A stretch of 64,000 nucleotides of DNA, from contig JAKASE010000001.1 in NCBI GenBank assembly GCA_021819135.1, positions 75,375-139,374 on the forward strand. Reading direction: 5' to 3'. The position numbers were made by a program, and so were the translations under genes. The stretch is from Thermoplasmata archaeon. Its GTDB lineage: Archaea; Thermoplasmatota; Thermoplasmata; Lutacidiplasmatales; UBA184. Shown here in pieces: positions 1 through 9,695 of this stretch. Below the pieces are notes generated by a model. It did no database searches and was not told the DNA's origin. It saw nothing but the letters and a program-made list of their open reading frames with translations. Positions within the stretch are counted from its first letter, which is position 1. Each line of letters begins with the position of its first letter.

Positions 1-1395
1 ACATGGCCGGCGAAGCTCATCGCCCGTCCGTGGATCTTCGCCTTCGTCCCGATCAACGCCGCGACGGCCGGGTTCGGGGTCGTGCTCCCGCTCCTGATCC
101 TCATCCCCCTCCACGGGACCTGGGCGAACGTCGCGGTCGCTGCGACGATCTTCAACTCCGCCGTGATCCTGCTCTCCGTCCTCTGGGGACACCTGTCGGA
201 CCGGTATCCGCGGCGGCGGCTCTTCCTCGTCATCAACTATGCCGGCTACGCCGGCCTCTACCTCCTATTGAGCCAGGCCAGCTCGATCACCGAACTCTAC
301 CTCATCTACGCGGTCATCGGGGTCCTCGCCCCGGCGGGCGCGAGCGCGTCCAACCTGTTGATCCTCGAGAAGTTCTCGGAGACCGAGCGGGCGACCGCGT
401 TCGCGTCGTTCCAGGAGATGAGCATGGTCGGGTCGATCCTCGGCCTGCTCGTCGGCTACTTCTGGACGCTCGCGAACGACGCGCTCCTCGAGCTCCTGTA
501 CCTGCTCGGCGTGCTCGCGGCGGTGAGCGCGGTCGCGATCTGGTTCGGCGTACAGGACCCGACGAGGACCTTTACGACCGAGCAGGTCGCCCGGCACCCC
601 GAGAGCCTGGTCTCCCGCCTGCGCACCGTGATCACGTACCGGCTCCCGATCCCGTTCTTCCCGCGTCGGCCGACCCTGAAACGGAACTCGCTCACGCGGT
701 TCCGCGCCTGGGCGCGCGAGGAGCTCCACCACGAGCTGCCGCTGATCCTGGTCGCCTCGTTCCTGTTCAACCTCGCGGCGAACCTGTACAACATCTCCTA
801 CATCCCGTTCCTGTACTCCCTCGGGTTCACCGCCTCGGCGATCTTCCTCGTCAACCTCTCGAACAACTTCGCTCAGACGCTGCTCTTCCCGTTCACCGGC
901 GGGCTCTCGAACCGGGTCGGGGTGGACCGGCTCGTCCAGCGCGCGACCTACCTGCGGAGCATCGGATACCTCGCGACCGCCGGGTTCACCTTCGCGATGA
1001 TCGGGGACCCGGCCGCGTTCGAGGCCAACGTCGCGATCTACGCCGTCCTCGGCGGCGCGATCGCGGTGTACTCGACCGCGAGCTCGCTCATGCTCTTCCG
1101 GGGACTCGTCGGGCGGGATGCGGGCAGCATCCTGGGCGTCAACAGCGCGCTCGGCGGGGTCGCCGCGGTCCTCGGCGCGGCGCTCTCGGGGATCCTCTCG
1201 GTCTACGGGAGCTACCGTCTCGTCTTCCTGGTCGCCGGGGGCTCGCTCCTCGTGTCGCTTCCGCTGTGGACCGCCGCCTCGGTGGCGTACGCCCGACGTC
1301 GGTTCGATCGGCCGGCGGAGGCGACGCGCGTGCCCGCCGCCTCCGTCTCGTCGCGCGCGCCGGAGCCGCCGGCGACGCCCGCAAAAACTCCATAA
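1..1395 (+). CDS. MFS transporter, 5' partial (frame open to window start; first in-window start codon GTG at 82)
   Basis: 12-TM-like hydrophobic profile; MFS motif LSDRYPRRR after TM2; frame 1 has no stop from position 1. Confidence 0.75.
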   Translation, partial: TWPAKLIARPWIFAFVPINAATAGFGVVLPLLILIPLHGTWANVAVAATIFNSAVILLSVLWGHLSDRYPRRRLFLVINYAGYAGLYLLLSQASSITELYLIYAVIGVLAPAGASASNLLILEKFSETERATAFASFQEMSMVGSILGLLVGYFWTLANDALLELLYLLGVLAAVSAVAIWFGVQDPTRTFTTEQVARHPESLVSRLRTVITYRLPIPFFPRRPTLKRNSLTRFRAWAREELHHELPLILVASFLFNLAANLYNISYIPFLYSLGFTASAIFLVNLSNNFAQTLLFPFTGGLSNRVGVDRLVQRATYLRSIGYLATAGFTFAMIGDPAAFEANVAIYAVLGGAIAVYSTASSLMLFRGLVGRDAGSILGVNSALGGVAAVLGAALSGILSVYGSYRLVFLVAGGSLLVSLPLWTAASVAYARRRFDRPAEATRVPAASVSSRAPEPPATPAKTP

Positions 1396-1422
1396 CCCGG
1401 GCCCGGCTCGGGCGCACACCGG

Positions 1423-2562
1423 GTGCGCTCCATGGCAGGGTCGGGCAACGTACAGCGGGGTCTCGAGGACGTGATCGCGCTCGAGTCGCAGATCTGCTTC
1501 ATCGACGGCAAGCAGGGCCGTCTGATCTACCGCGGATACGATATTCGGGACCTCGCGGCCCGATCCACGTTCGAGGAGGTCGCCTATCTCCTCTGGTATG
1601 GCCACCTTCCGAGCCCGGCGGAGCTCACGGAGCTCCGGGCGCGCCTCGCGACCCTGCGGAGGGTGCCGGAGGCCCTTGGCGAGACGATCGACCGGATGCC
1701 GAAGACGGCCCATCCGATGGACGTCCTGCGGACCGCGGTGAGCGCCCTCGGGATCTCCGAGCCGGAGGAGGCGGGACCCGGGGCGAGCGCGATCGGGGGC
1801 GCGCAGCGGCTCACCGCCCTCATCCCCGCCATCCTAGGCCGGTTCCATCGACGCCGGACCGGAGGGAAGCCGCTCTCGCCCCGGCCGGAGCTTTCGCACG
1901 CCGCGTACCTCGTCGAGGCCCTGGTGGGCCGCGCGCCGACCGAGCTCGAGGCCCGGGCGATCGACGTCGCGCTCATCCTCCATGCCGACCACGAGCTCAA
2001 CGCCTCCGCGTTCGCCGCTCGGGTCACGGCCTCGACCCTCTCCGACCTCTATAGCGCCGTGACCAGCGCGGTGGGGACCCTCAAGGGACCTCTCCACGGC
2101 GGGGCGAACGAGCGGGTGATGGAGCTCCTCGACGAGATCCGCACCGTCGACCGGGTCGAGGAAGTGGTCCGGGCGAAGCTCGCCCGCCGTGAGCGCGTGA
2201 TGGGGTTCGGGCACCGCGTCTACAAGGTCGAGGACCCGCGGGCGACGATCCTGCGGGACTGGTCCCGGCGCGTCGGGGAGGAGAAACGCGACCTCCACTA
2301 CTTCGACCTTCTCCGACGGCTCGAGGAGGTCGTCCACCGCGAGAAGGGGCTCTACCCGAACGTCGACCTCTATTCGGGCGCGGTCTACTCCCTCCTCGGG
2401 ATCCCGCACGACCTGTTCACCCCGATCTTCGCGGCGAGCCGCATCGCGGGCTGGACCGCCCACGTGCTCGAGGAGTACCAGGACCTTCGCCTGATCCGGC
2501 CCACGGCCCGATACGTGGGACCGGTCGACCTCGTCTACGGATCGCCCGCCGTCCGCGGGTGA
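1423..2562 (+). CDS. gltA: citrate synthase
   Basis: 379 aa; conserved GFGHRVYK and HGGANE motifs; typical archaeal/short citrate synthase length. Confidence 0.9.
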   Translation: MRSMAGSGNVQRGLEDVIALESQICFIDGKQGRLIYRGYDIRDLAARSTFEEVAYLLWYGHLPSPAELTELRARLATLRRVPEALGETIDRMPKTAHPMDVLRTAVSALGISEPEEAGPGASAIGGAQRLTALIPAILGRFHRRRTGGKPLSPRPELSHAAYLVEALVGRAPTELEARAIDVALILHADHELNASAFAARVTASTLSDLYSAVTSAVGTLKGPLHGGANERVMELLDEIRTVDRVEEVVRAKLARRERVMGFGHRVYKVEDPRATILRDWSRRVGEEKRDLHYFDLLRRLEEVVHREKGLYPNVDLYSGAVYSLLGIPHDLFTPIFAASRIAGWTAHVLEEYQDLRLIRPTARYVGPVDLVYGSPAVRG

Positions 2563-2969
2563 GCCGTCCTCGGACGACGGCGGGCCCGGGCCGCCACGAC
2601 CCGGTCCACGCTCATCAGCGGATAGCGGAGGTCGGGGCGGGGCTCGAGGCGCGCCTCGACCGTGATCGGACCGTCGACGAGCCGCACGCGGACCTCGAGC
2701 ATCTCGGCCGTGAGGTAGCGGTAGGCGAAGCGCCCCTGGCCGACCGGTCCCCCCCGCCCCGGCCGGATGCGGACCCGGACCCGGCGCACGAACGGTTGCA
2801 GCCCGACGGCCCGTTCAATCGTCCGGCCGAGCCCGAGAGCGGTCGACGCCGAGACCGGCGTTCCGAGGTACTGATGGAAGACGCCTCCCAGTTTCACCCC
2901 CGCCTCGAACAGGAGCGCCTCGCGCGGCGTGAGCGGTGCGCGGTGGGTCGGTCGTGTCCGCTCGCTCAT
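2535..2969 (-). CDS. conserved hypothetical protein (144 aa), last gene of rps10-psd-pssA operon
   Basis: ATG at 2969 overlaps pssA stop (ATGA); high GC3 codon usage; sequence FEAGVKLGGVFHQYLGTPVS looks like a conserved small archaeal protein; function not recognised. Confidence 0.5.
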   Translation of the reverse strand: MSERTRPTHRAPLTPREALLFEAGVKLGGVFHQYLGTPVSASTALGLGRTIERAVGLQPFVRRVRVRIRPGRGGPVGQGRFAYRYLTAEMLEVRVRLVDGPITVEARLEPRPDLRYPLMSVDRVVAARARRRPRTAHPRTAGDP

Positions 2970-3724
2970 GGTCTCGCCGGTCCCGAAGCGCTCGGGGACC
3001 GGGGTACGGTGAACGGGCCGGCGAGATAGTAGCTCGCCACGCCGACCAGGAACGCGTAGGCGCCGACCTCGGAAAGGAGGTAGAGCGGGGAGCCGGGCGC
3101 CGGGAAGAACTGGAGCGGCACGAGCGCCACGGTGGCGAAGGCCGCGGTGAGCGCCATCGGGAGGCGGAGAACGCTCCCGCGCCGCACCTTCGGGTACGGT
3201 ACGGGGACGACCATCATCACCGACAGGACCACCACCCCGACCAGGACCCCGGCCGGCGAGACGCTTTCGAAGCCCGGGGTGGAGTGGAAGAGGAGGGCGA
3301 CGATCAGCGCGAGCGCGCTCTCGGGCGTCGGGACGCCGAGGAAGTACGGGTGCTGGAAGGCGTGCGTCGTGAAGTAGGTGAGTCGGGCGATCGCGGCCGC
3401 GAAGTAGACGCCCGCGAGGACGAGGGCCACCGTCGTCCACGGTGACCAGGCCGCCACGCCCCCGTGGAACCCGATCAGGAACGCCGGCGCGAGACCGAAC
3501 GTGAGGCCGTCCGCGACCGAATCGGCGATCCGACCGAACGCGCTCGGTCCCTTCGCGCTGCGTCGCGAGAAGATCCCGTCGAGCCCGTCGAACCCGATCG
3601 CGATCGCGATCAGGAGCATCGCCCAGCGCGGATTGCCGGCGAGCGTGTAGAGGATCGCGCCGACGCCGAGGACCGCGTTCGCGAGCGTGGCCAGGTTGGC
3701 GTAGACCCGCCAGCGGTCGGTCAC
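2966..3724 (-). CDS. pssA: CDP-alcohol phosphatidyltransferase (archaetidylserine synthase-like)
   Basis: Motif DGLDGIFSRR...GRIADSVAD matches DG-x2-AR-x8-G-x3-D-x3-D; polytopic membrane protein; GTG start overlapping psd stop (GTGA). Confidence 0.8.
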   Translation of the reverse strand: MTDRWRVYANLATLANAVLGVGAILYTLAGNPRWAMLLIAIAIGFDGLDGIFSRRSAKGPSAFGRIADSVADGLTFGLAPAFLIGFHGGVAAWSPWTTVALVLAGVYFAAAIARLTYFTTHAFQHPYFLGVPTPESALALIVALLFHSTPGFESVSPAGVLVGVVVLSVMMVVPVPYPKVRRGSVLRLPMALTAAFATVALVPLQFFPAPGSPLYLLSEVGAYAFLVGVASYYLAGPFTVPRSPSASGPARP

Positions 3725-4350
3725 GGCGACCGCTCCCGGGCGATCGGGGTGGCACCGGCGCGGACCCGGGCGCCGACCGTGACGACGGGGGTGACGCGCG
3801 CCGACGGCAGGAGCACGTCGACCCTCGAGCCGAGGACGATCATGCCGAGCCGGTCCCCCTTGCGGGCCCGGTCCCCGGCCGCCACGAACGAGACCAGGCG
3901 TCGGGCGAGGATGCCGGTCATCTGGACGACCTCCACCTCCCCGAGGGGCGAGGAGAGCCGGTAGGCGCGCCGGACGTTGTGGTGGGCGTCGGGTCGGTAC
4001 GCGGGCCGATGCCCGGTCCCGGAGGACTCGACCGATTCGACGGTCGCGTCGACGGGGAACCGGTTGACGTGGACGTTGCCGACGTTCATGAAGACGGAGA
4101 TCCGGAGCCGGTCCCCCTCGACCTCCACCGCGCGCACCCGTCCGTCCGCGGCGCTGACTATCCCGTCGGCCGGGACGCGCTCCGGGTCCCGGAAGAACAC
4201 CGCGAAGAACCCGGCGAGGGCGAGCAGGAACGCGAGGAGCGGTGCGCCGGCGACCATCGGCAGGAACGACGTGAGCCCGAGGAGGAGCGCGACCGCGATG
4301 GCGGCCGCGAGGACCGGGCCGAGGAACCGGCCGGCGCCGGGCGCGAACAC
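3721..4350 (-). CDS. psd: phosphatidylserine decarboxylase-related protein (archaeal short PSD type)
   Basis: N-terminal TM helices followed by FFRDPER motif; ~200 aa; adjacent to pssA. Confidence 0.75.
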   Translation of the reverse strand: MFAPGAGRFLGPVLAAAIAVALLLGLTSFLPMVAGAPLLAFLLALAGFFAVFFRDPERVPADGIVSAADGRVRAVEVEGDRLRISVFMNVGNVHVNRFPVDATVESVESSGTGHRPAYRPDAHHNVRRAYRLSSPLGEVEVVQMTGILARRLVSFVAAGDRARKGDRLGMIVLGSRVDVLLPSARVTPVVTVGARVRAGATPIARERSP

Positions 4351-4354
4351 GCGC

Positions 4355-4666
4355 CTACCCGGTGAGGACGATCTCGATGTTGACGCCGTCCGGGACCTGG
4401 ATGCGCATCACCTGGCGGAGGGCGCGCTCGTCGGCGTCGATGTCGATCAGTCGCTTGTGGATCCGCATCTCCCAGTGGTCGATCGTGCTCGTCCCGCCGC
4501 CGTCGGGTCCCTTGCGGACGGGGACGCGGAGCTTCTTCGTCGGGAGAGGGATCGGTCCGGCGATCGCGACCCCGGTCTTCTGCGAGATCTCGCGGATCTG
4601 CTTGCAGATCGTGTCGACCTTGCGGGAGTCGGTGCCGCTCAGGGAAATCCGGGCCTTCTGAACCAT
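4355..4666 (-). CDS. rps10: 30S ribosomal protein S10
   Basis: 103 aa, unmistakable S10 sequence (ARISLSGTD...[15 protein letters not shown]); follows tuf as in archaeal str operon. Confidence 0.95.
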   Translation of the reverse strand: MVQKARISLSGTDSRKVDTICKQIREISQKTGVAIAGPIPLPTKKLRVPVRKGPDGGGTSTIDHWEMRIHKRLIDIDADERALRQVMRIQVPDGVNIEIVLTG

Positions 4667-4709
4667 CGATAGCCCCTCCCCGCGACCGAACCCGGACCCG
4701 GCCCCGTGC

Positions 4710-5987
4710 CTACTCGCGCTTCTTGACGTCGACGACGACGCCGGCGGCGACGGTCTGGCCCATGTCGCGCACCGCGAACCGGCCCATCTGGGGGAACTCC
4801 TTGTACTTCTCGATCGCGAGCGGCCGCTTCGGGGTGATCTTCACGACCGCGGCATCGCCGGTCTTGAGCGTCTGGGGGTTCTCCTCCGCGACCTGGCCGG
4901 TCTTCGGGTCGAGCCGCTTCTGGAGCTCGGTGAACTCGCAGGCGACCTGGGCGGTGTGGCAGTGGAAGACGGGCGTGTACCCGACGGTGATCACGCTCGG
5001 GTGGTTCAGGACCTGGATGTTCGCGATGAAGCTCTCGACGACCGTGGGCGGGTTCGACACCGGGCCCGCGACGTCGCCGCGCCGGATGTCGTTCTTGTCG
5101 ATCCCGCGGACGTTGAAGCCGATGTTGTCGCCCGGGATCGCCTCGGTGACCGCCTCGTGATGCATCTCGATCGACTTCACTTCGCCCGACTTGCCGCTGG
5201 GGAGGAAGATGATCTTGTCGCCGACCTTGACCTTGCCCGTCTCGACGCGCCCCACCGGCACCGTGCCGATACCCGTGATCGTGTAGACGTCCTGGACCGG
5301 CAGCCGGAGCGGCTTGTCGGTCGGCTTCTCGGGGACCTTCAGGTTGTCGAGCGCCTGGAGGAGGGTCGGGCCCTTGAACCAGGCCATGTTGGGGCTCGCC
5401 TTGTTGATGTTGTCGTCCTTGAACGCCGAGATCGGGACGAAGACCACCTGGGTGTCGATCTTGAAGCCCACGTTCTTGAGGAGCTTCGTGAGGTCCTCCT
5501 TGACCTCGTTGTACTTCGCCTCGGCGTAGTTGACCTCCTGCCGGTCCATCTTGTTGATCGCGCAGATCAGCTGCGTGACCCCGAGCGTCCGCGAGAGGAA
5601 GATGTGCTCGCGCGTCTGCTCCTGGACCCCTTCGGCCGCGGAACAGACGAGGACCGCGGCGTCGGCCTGGCTCGTCCCCGTGATCATGTTCTTGACGAAG
5701 TCACGGTGGCCGGGCGCGTCGATGATGGTGAAGTAGTACTTCTGGGTGTCAAAGCGCCGGTGCGCGATGTCGATCGTGACGCCGCGCTCGCGCTCCTCCT
5801 TGAGGTCGTCCATGACCCAGGCGAACTCGAACGTCGCCTTGCCCTTCGCCTCGGCCTCGGCCCGGTACTTATCGATCTCTTCCTGGCGGATGTACCCGGT
5901 GTCGAGCAACAGTCGGCCGACCGTGGTCGACTTGCCGTGGTCCACGTGCCCAATGAACACGATGTTGAGGTGGGGCTTCTGCGCCAT
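4710..5987 (-). CDS. tuf: translation elongation factor 1-alpha
   Basis: 425 aa; [10 protein letters not shown]-loop, full EF-1alpha/EF-Tu sequence. Confidence 0.97.
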   Translation of the reverse strand: MAQKPHLNIVFIGHVDHGKSTTVGRLLLDTGYIRQEEIDKYRAEAEAKGKATFEFAWVMDDLKEERERGVTIDIAHRRFDTQKYYFTIIDAPGHRDFVKNMITGTSQADAAVLVCSAAEGVQEQTREHIFLSRTLGVTQLICAINKMDRQEVNYAEAKYNEVKEDLTKLLKNVGFKIDTQVVFVPISAFKDDNINKASPNMAWFKGPTLLQALDNLKVPEKPTDKPLRLPVQDVYTITGIGTVPVGRVETGKVKVGDKIIFLPSGKSGEVKSIEMHHEAVTEAIPGDNIGFNVRGIDKNDIRRGDVAGPVSNPPTVVESFIANIQVLNHPSVITVGYTPVFHCHTAQVACEFTELQKRLDPKTGQVAEENPQTLKTGDAAVVKITPKRPLAIEKYKEFPQMGRFAVRDMGQTVAAGVVVDVKKRE

Positions 5988-6020
5988 GTATGGGGGACTC
6001 CGGGCGCGGCCAAAAGGTAC

Positions 6021-6030
6021 CCATATATAG
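6021..6030 (-). promoter_or_regulatory. candidate TATA box (CCATATATAG) for tuf operon
   Basis: AT-rich TATA-like element ~35-40 nt upstream of tuf ATG at 5987 in otherwise GC-rich DNA. Confidence 0.4.
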
Positions 6031-6244
6031 GACTATCTTCGGCGCAGGTCGGAGAATCGCGCGCATCGGCGAACGACGCGCCGTCGCCCTCGATCCGAAG
6101 GGGTTCCGAGGAGCGTGCGCCGACGCCGCACGTTGCGGCCGCTCCGGTGTGACCGGGAGCCGCCGCCGTCGGACGCGGAGGACCCTTCCGCCGGCCGCTC
6201 GACGAGCGTTCGGTCGCGCCCTCGCGCGAGGATGGGGTGCGGAC

Positions 6245-6604
6245 CTAGGCCTCGGGCATCAGGGTGTGCTCGTTGCCGTCCGGGTCCCGGACCTGGGCGT
6301 AGGTCCCCCATGACTCGGTCGTCGGCTCGACGGAGAACTCGACCCCGCGGGACTTGAGCTCCTCGCAGGCCGCCGCGAAATCCCCGCCGGGGAGATGCAA
6401 CAGGATCCCGGAGTTGCCGGGCTCCATCCCCTGATTCGGTCCGGCTTCGTCAACCTTGCACAAGTGGAGTTTCCCCGGGCGGCCCTTTCGCCCGACGGTG
6501 ATCCAGTGGCCCTCGTGGTCGATCACGTCGAGCCCCAGCTTCTCGGTGTACCACTTCAAGGACCGTTCCGGATCCGATACCACGACCGCGACACTGGTGA
6601 ACAT
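6245..6604 (-). CDS. VOC/glyoxalase-bleomycin resistance family protein
   Basis: ~119 aa from ATG 6604; glyoxalase-like core (HLCKVDEAG...GILLHLPGGDFAAACEELKSRGVEF). Confidence 0.65.
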   Translation of the reverse strand: MFTSVAVVVSDPERSLKWYTEKLGLDVIDHEGHWITVGRKGRPGKLHLCKVDEAGPNQGMEPGNSGILLHLPGGDFAAACEELKSRGVEFSVEPTTESWGTYAQVRDPDGNEHTLMPEA

Positions 6605-6761
6605 CGGTCCCTTCGGCGCGCGCGTGCTCGGCGACCTGGGCGGCGATTTCGGCATAGGACTCCCCGGGGAGGTCAAGACGGGATGGCTCTTCAACTCGGC
6701 ACGGAGGGGTCCTGAAACACCGGAAGGGCGGCACGCGAAAGATCTGGGTGACCCGTAGTCC

Positions 6762-6796
6762 TTATATCGAAAAAGCGATATCGTTATTCCGATATG
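6762..6796 (+). promoter_or_regulatory. padR promoter/operator: TATA-like TTATAT plus inverted repeat ATATCG-N6-CGATAT and a third CGATAT half-site at the ATG
   Basis: Perfect 6-bp inverted repeats at 6764-6769/6776-6781 and 6790-6795 overlapping TATA (6762-6767) and the leaderless start 6794. Confidence 0.45.
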
Positions 6797-7255
6797 TGGG
6801 CGTACGGATGGGAATCACGCAAGCACCGGGGGCTGCGGGTCTGGGTCCTCCATCTGCTCGAACGGAGCCCATTGACGGGGGCCGAGATCATGGAGCAGAT
6901 GGACCGCATGACGATGGGGTGGTGGCGCCCGTCCCCGGGTTCGATCTATCCGCTCCTCGAGCAGCTCGAGAAGGACAAGCTCGTCGAGAAGGGATCGGAC
7001 AACCGCTATCGTCTCACGGAGCAGGCGCGCAATGGTCCGGAGTGGATGCACGGCCGGCGGTTCCCCGGAAACGCCGGTCCTCGGGACCCGGCGGACGCCA
7101 CCGGCGAGCTCGAGTCGTACGTCCGGTACCTGGAGGATGTGGTCGCGAGCGATCCGGCGAAGCTCGGCCCGGTGCGGGAACGGATCGAGGGGGTCGCGCG
7201 TCGCCTCGACCGCCTCGTCTCGACCGGAGACCCTTCCGCCCGCGGAGGGCGGTAG
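6794..7255 (+). CDS. PadR family transcriptional regulator
   Basis: 153 aa; LTGAEIMEQM...SPGSIYPLLEQLEKDKLVE winged-helix typical of PadR. Confidence 0.8.
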   Translation: MWAYGWESRKHRGLRVWVLHLLERSPLTGAEIMEQMDRMTMGWWRPSPGSIYPLLEQLEKDKLVEKGSDNRYRLTEQARNGPEWMHGRRFPGNAGPRDPADATGELESYVRYLEDVVASDPAKLGPVRERIEGVARRLDRLVSTGDPSARGGR

Positions 7256-7262
7256 CCCGAGG

Positions 7263-7559
7263 ATGGGAGACCCGATGCTCGAGGACTGGAGAGCGGAGAA
7301 GTGGCTCGGGACCCGCCCGCTGTTCCGGGGATGGAGGCGGCGGCTCTTCGCGAGCCTCACGGTGCTCCTCGCGGGGTTCGCCTGGGCGGTGGTGTATGTC
7401 GCCGTTCTCGCGGACCGTCTGCCATGGTACTGGAACCTCGGGGTGGGCCTCGCCACCGTCGCGGCGGTCCCGGCGGCGCTGCTCGCGATCTGGCTCTCCT
7501 GGGTGCTCGGCGTCCGGCGGCGGGTCCGCGAGTGGGTTTACGCCCCGTTCGACCCGTGA
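7263..7559 (+). CDS. small membrane protein (98 aa) downstream of padR
   Basis: ATG 7263 8 nt after padR stop; 3 predicted TM helices; typical PadR-associated membrane partner. Confidence 0.45.
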   Translation: MGDPMLEDWRAEKWLGTRPLFRGWRRRLFASLTVLLAGFAWAVVYVAVLADRLPWYWNLGVGLATVAAVPAALLAIWLSWVLGVRRRVREWVYAPFDP

Positions 7560-8191
7560 CGGTACCGAGTCCCTCCGGCGGCGAGACCGCCGGCTCCGGC
7601 ACCGGGTCGTCCGGTCTTCCGACTCCGCCCGTCGCGGTCGCTCCCCGGCGGTGGCCGTGGACCGTCCGTCGCCGTCGCTCTCTCCTCGATGCCCTCCGGG
7701 CCGGGATCGGTCCGGCACCCGGGATCGCCCTGCTCGACCTCGGTGGCGGAACGGGCGCTGCGGGGGCGTACCTCGGAGTGGGTGCGTCGGAGGTCGTCGT
7801 GCTCGACCCCGATCCGCGCCGGGTCGCCCGGGGTCGGGCCGAACATCCCGACCTCCGTTTCGTGGAGGCCGAGGCGGAGTCGCTCCCCTTCGGACCCGAA
7901 CGATTCCAGCGGCTGGTCTCGCTCTACTCCTTCCACCACTTCCGTGACCCGATGCGGGTCTTTGCGGAGGCCCACCGCGTGCTGGTTCCCGGAGGGACGT
8001 TCACGATCTGTGACGTCATCGGGCGCTCCTGGCACGCCCGTATCTTCCAGCTCCTCCATCGGATCTCGGGTCATGCCGCGTTCCCCTTCCGGGACCCCGA
8101 GGAGCTCGCACGCGGGCTCCGGGACGCCGGGTTCGCTCGGGTGGACCGGGGGACGATCGGCGCGCATTACCGGGTCACGGCGATCCGGTGA
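7424..8191 (+). CDS. class I SAM-dependent methyltransferase (start uncertain)
   Basis: LLDLGGGTGAAGAY glycine-rich SAM motif, Methyltransf_11-like core 7700-8191; no ATG/GTG/TTG in frame between 7559 and the motif, so start must overlap the upstream ORF or is non-canonical. Confidence 0.55.
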   Translation: MVLEPRGGPRHRRGGPGGAARDLALLGARRPAAGPRVGLRPVRPVTVPSPSGGETAGSGTGSSGLPTPPVAVAPRRWPWTVRRRRSLLDALRAGIGPAPGIALLDLGGGTGAAGAYLGVGASEVVVLDPDPRRVARGRAEHPDLRFVEAEAESLPFGPERFQRLVSLYSFHHFRDPMRVFAEAHRVLVPGGTFTICDVIGRSWHARIFQLLHRISGHAAFPFRDPEELARGLRDAGFARVDRGTIGAHYRVTAIR

Positions 8192-8299
8192 CGGGCCGCT
8201 TCGACCGGACCGGGACCCGCCTCCCGGACGGCGGTGGCCGCGCCGGGCGACGGAAATCGCTTTACGGGGCGAGCGGTCGAGGGACCGAGTTCTTCTCCG

Positions 8300-8791
8300 A
8301 TGACCGTTCCTGAACCCGCCCCGGGGACCGTGCGGGAGAGCGAGGCCGCGGTCGTCCGGCTGATGCTGCCGACCGACGCGAACTTCATGGGGAACGTCTT
8401 CGGCGGCCAGATCCTGAGCGAGGTCGACAAGGTCGCCTACATCGCCGCGACGCGCCATGCGAAGTCGAACTGCGTCACCGCCTCGTTCGACCGGGTCGAC
8501 TTCCTGCGACCCGTCCACGTCGGCGAGGTCGTCAACTTCTCCGCCCAGCTCACGTACGTGGGCCGCTGCTCGATGGAGGTCTGGGTAACGGTGCGGGCGG
8601 AGGCGCTTGCCGGAGGGACGCCACGGACCGTGGGGGAGGCGTTCGTCACGATGGTCGCCGTCGATTCGGGCGGCCGTCCCATCCCGGTGCCGCGGCTCGC
8701 GATGGAGTCCGACGAGGAGCGACGCCGGTTCGAGCAGGGGCGCCTCCGGACGGAGGAACGCCGGCGTACCCGTCGCCACGAGGAGAACTAA
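8300..8791 (+). CDS. acyl-CoA thioesterase (hotdog fold, YciA-like)
   Basis: 163 aa from ATG 8300; LMLPTDANFMGNVFGG...FLRPVHVGE typical of 4HBT/YciA thioesterases. Confidence 0.75.
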   Translation: MTVPEPAPGTVRESEAAVVRLMLPTDANFMGNVFGGQILSEVDKVAYIAATRHAKSNCVTASFDRVDFLRPVHVGEVVNFSAQLTYVGRCSMEVWVTVRAEALAGGTPRTVGEAFVTMVAVDSGGRPIPVPRLAMESDEERRRFEQGRLRTEERRRTRRHEEN

Positions 8792-8804
8792 CGGAGGAGG
8801 ACCG

Positions 8805-9257
8805 ATGCTCTGCGAAATGTGCGGGAAGGAGACGGCGCTGAGCGCCCGGGTGAGGATCGAAGCGACCGTGCTCAACCTCTGCCCCGATTGCGCGAAGTTC
8901 GGCGAACGGCTCGACCCCCCGCCGGTGCCGGCGGCCGCCGCGGCCGGTGCCCGTCCTCGATCCACCGCTCCGATCGTCCGGCCTCCCTCGGGCCGGCGCA
9001 GTCTCGAGGAACGGGACCTCTACAAGGACATCGGCGAGCTCGAGCTCGTGCCGGATTGGGGCAAGAGGGTGCGGCTCGCCCGGGAGGCGCGGGTGTGGAC
9101 CCCCGAAGAGCTCGGCAAGCGTCTCAACGAGAAGAAGTCCGTCGTGCTCAAGATCGAGTCCGGGAACTTCCACCCGCCCGACGAGCTCGTCCGCAAGCTC
9201 GAGCGGCTGCTCCAGGTCCGTCTGCGCGCCCCGCCCGACCCGTCCTCCGCCCCCTAG
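8805..9257 (+). CDS. archaeal multiprotein bridging factor 1 (aMBF1): N-terminal zinc ribbon + C-terminal HTH
   Basis: MLCEMCGKE...CPDC zinc ribbon; C-terminal XRE-type HTH (ARVWTPEELGKRLNEKKSVVLKIESG); GGAGGAGG RBS 4 nt upstream of ATG. Confidence 0.8.
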   Translation: MLCEMCGKETALSARVRIEATVLNLCPDCAKFGERLDPPPVPAAAAAGARPRSTAPIVRPPSGRRSLEERDLYKDIGELELVPDWGKRVRLAREARVWTPEELGKRLNEKKSVVLKIESGNFHPPDELVRKLERLLQVRLRAPPDPSSAP

Positions 9258-9272
9258 GGAACGGCCGACCGA

Positions 9273-9665
9273 TCACTCCTTCTCGGAGCCCGGGCCGACG
9301 GCGTCCTCGGGTCCCTCGTCGGGGGCTCCCGCGCGAGGCCCGCGGGAGTGGGGGCTTCGCCGGCTCGGCCCGCCGACGGGCCGTTCGAGCCCGATCCGGC
9401 TCGCGGCCTCGAACCGCCCAAAGTCCCCGGGAGGGCCCCCCTCGCGGAAGCTTCTCAGGTCGCGCGCGTAGCCGATCAGGAGCCGCTGGCCCCACGCGAC
9501 CGCAACGAGCCCGGCGAGGACGAGGCCGAGCAGCGCCGAGAGGCCGACCCACGGTTCCGGGGCCAGGATCGCGACCAGCGAGAGCCCAAGGATTCCGCCC
9601 GCGAGGAGCCCGAGACCCCGCTCGATCTCGCGGTGGGCGCGGCGGTCCCGGTGGGAGAACGCCAT
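9273..9665 (-). CDS. hypothetical small membrane protein (130 aa)
   Basis: ATG start, two hydrophobic helices, coding-like GC3; no recognisable family. Confidence 0.35.
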   Translation of the reverse strand: MAFSHRDRRAHREIERGLGLLAGGILGLSLVAILAPEPWVGLSALLGLVLAGLVAVAWGQRLLIGYARDLRSFREGGPPGDFGRFEAASRIGLERPVGGPSRRSPHSRGPRAGAPDEGPEDAVGPGSEKE

Positions 9666-9695
9666 GCCTCCGAGACCGTTCCCCCGCGTGCCGCC

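Noticed and set aside
265-1713. 482-aa minus-strand ORF antisense to the MFS transporter
   Set aside because: It has R/E/D-rich junk composition and no motifs. The sense strand encodes a clear MFS protein.
3-2054. 683-aa ORF spanning the MFS and citrate synthase genes in another frame
   Set aside because: The ORF is R/P/G-rich low-complexity translation typical of off-frame high-GC DNA. It overlaps two well-supported genes.
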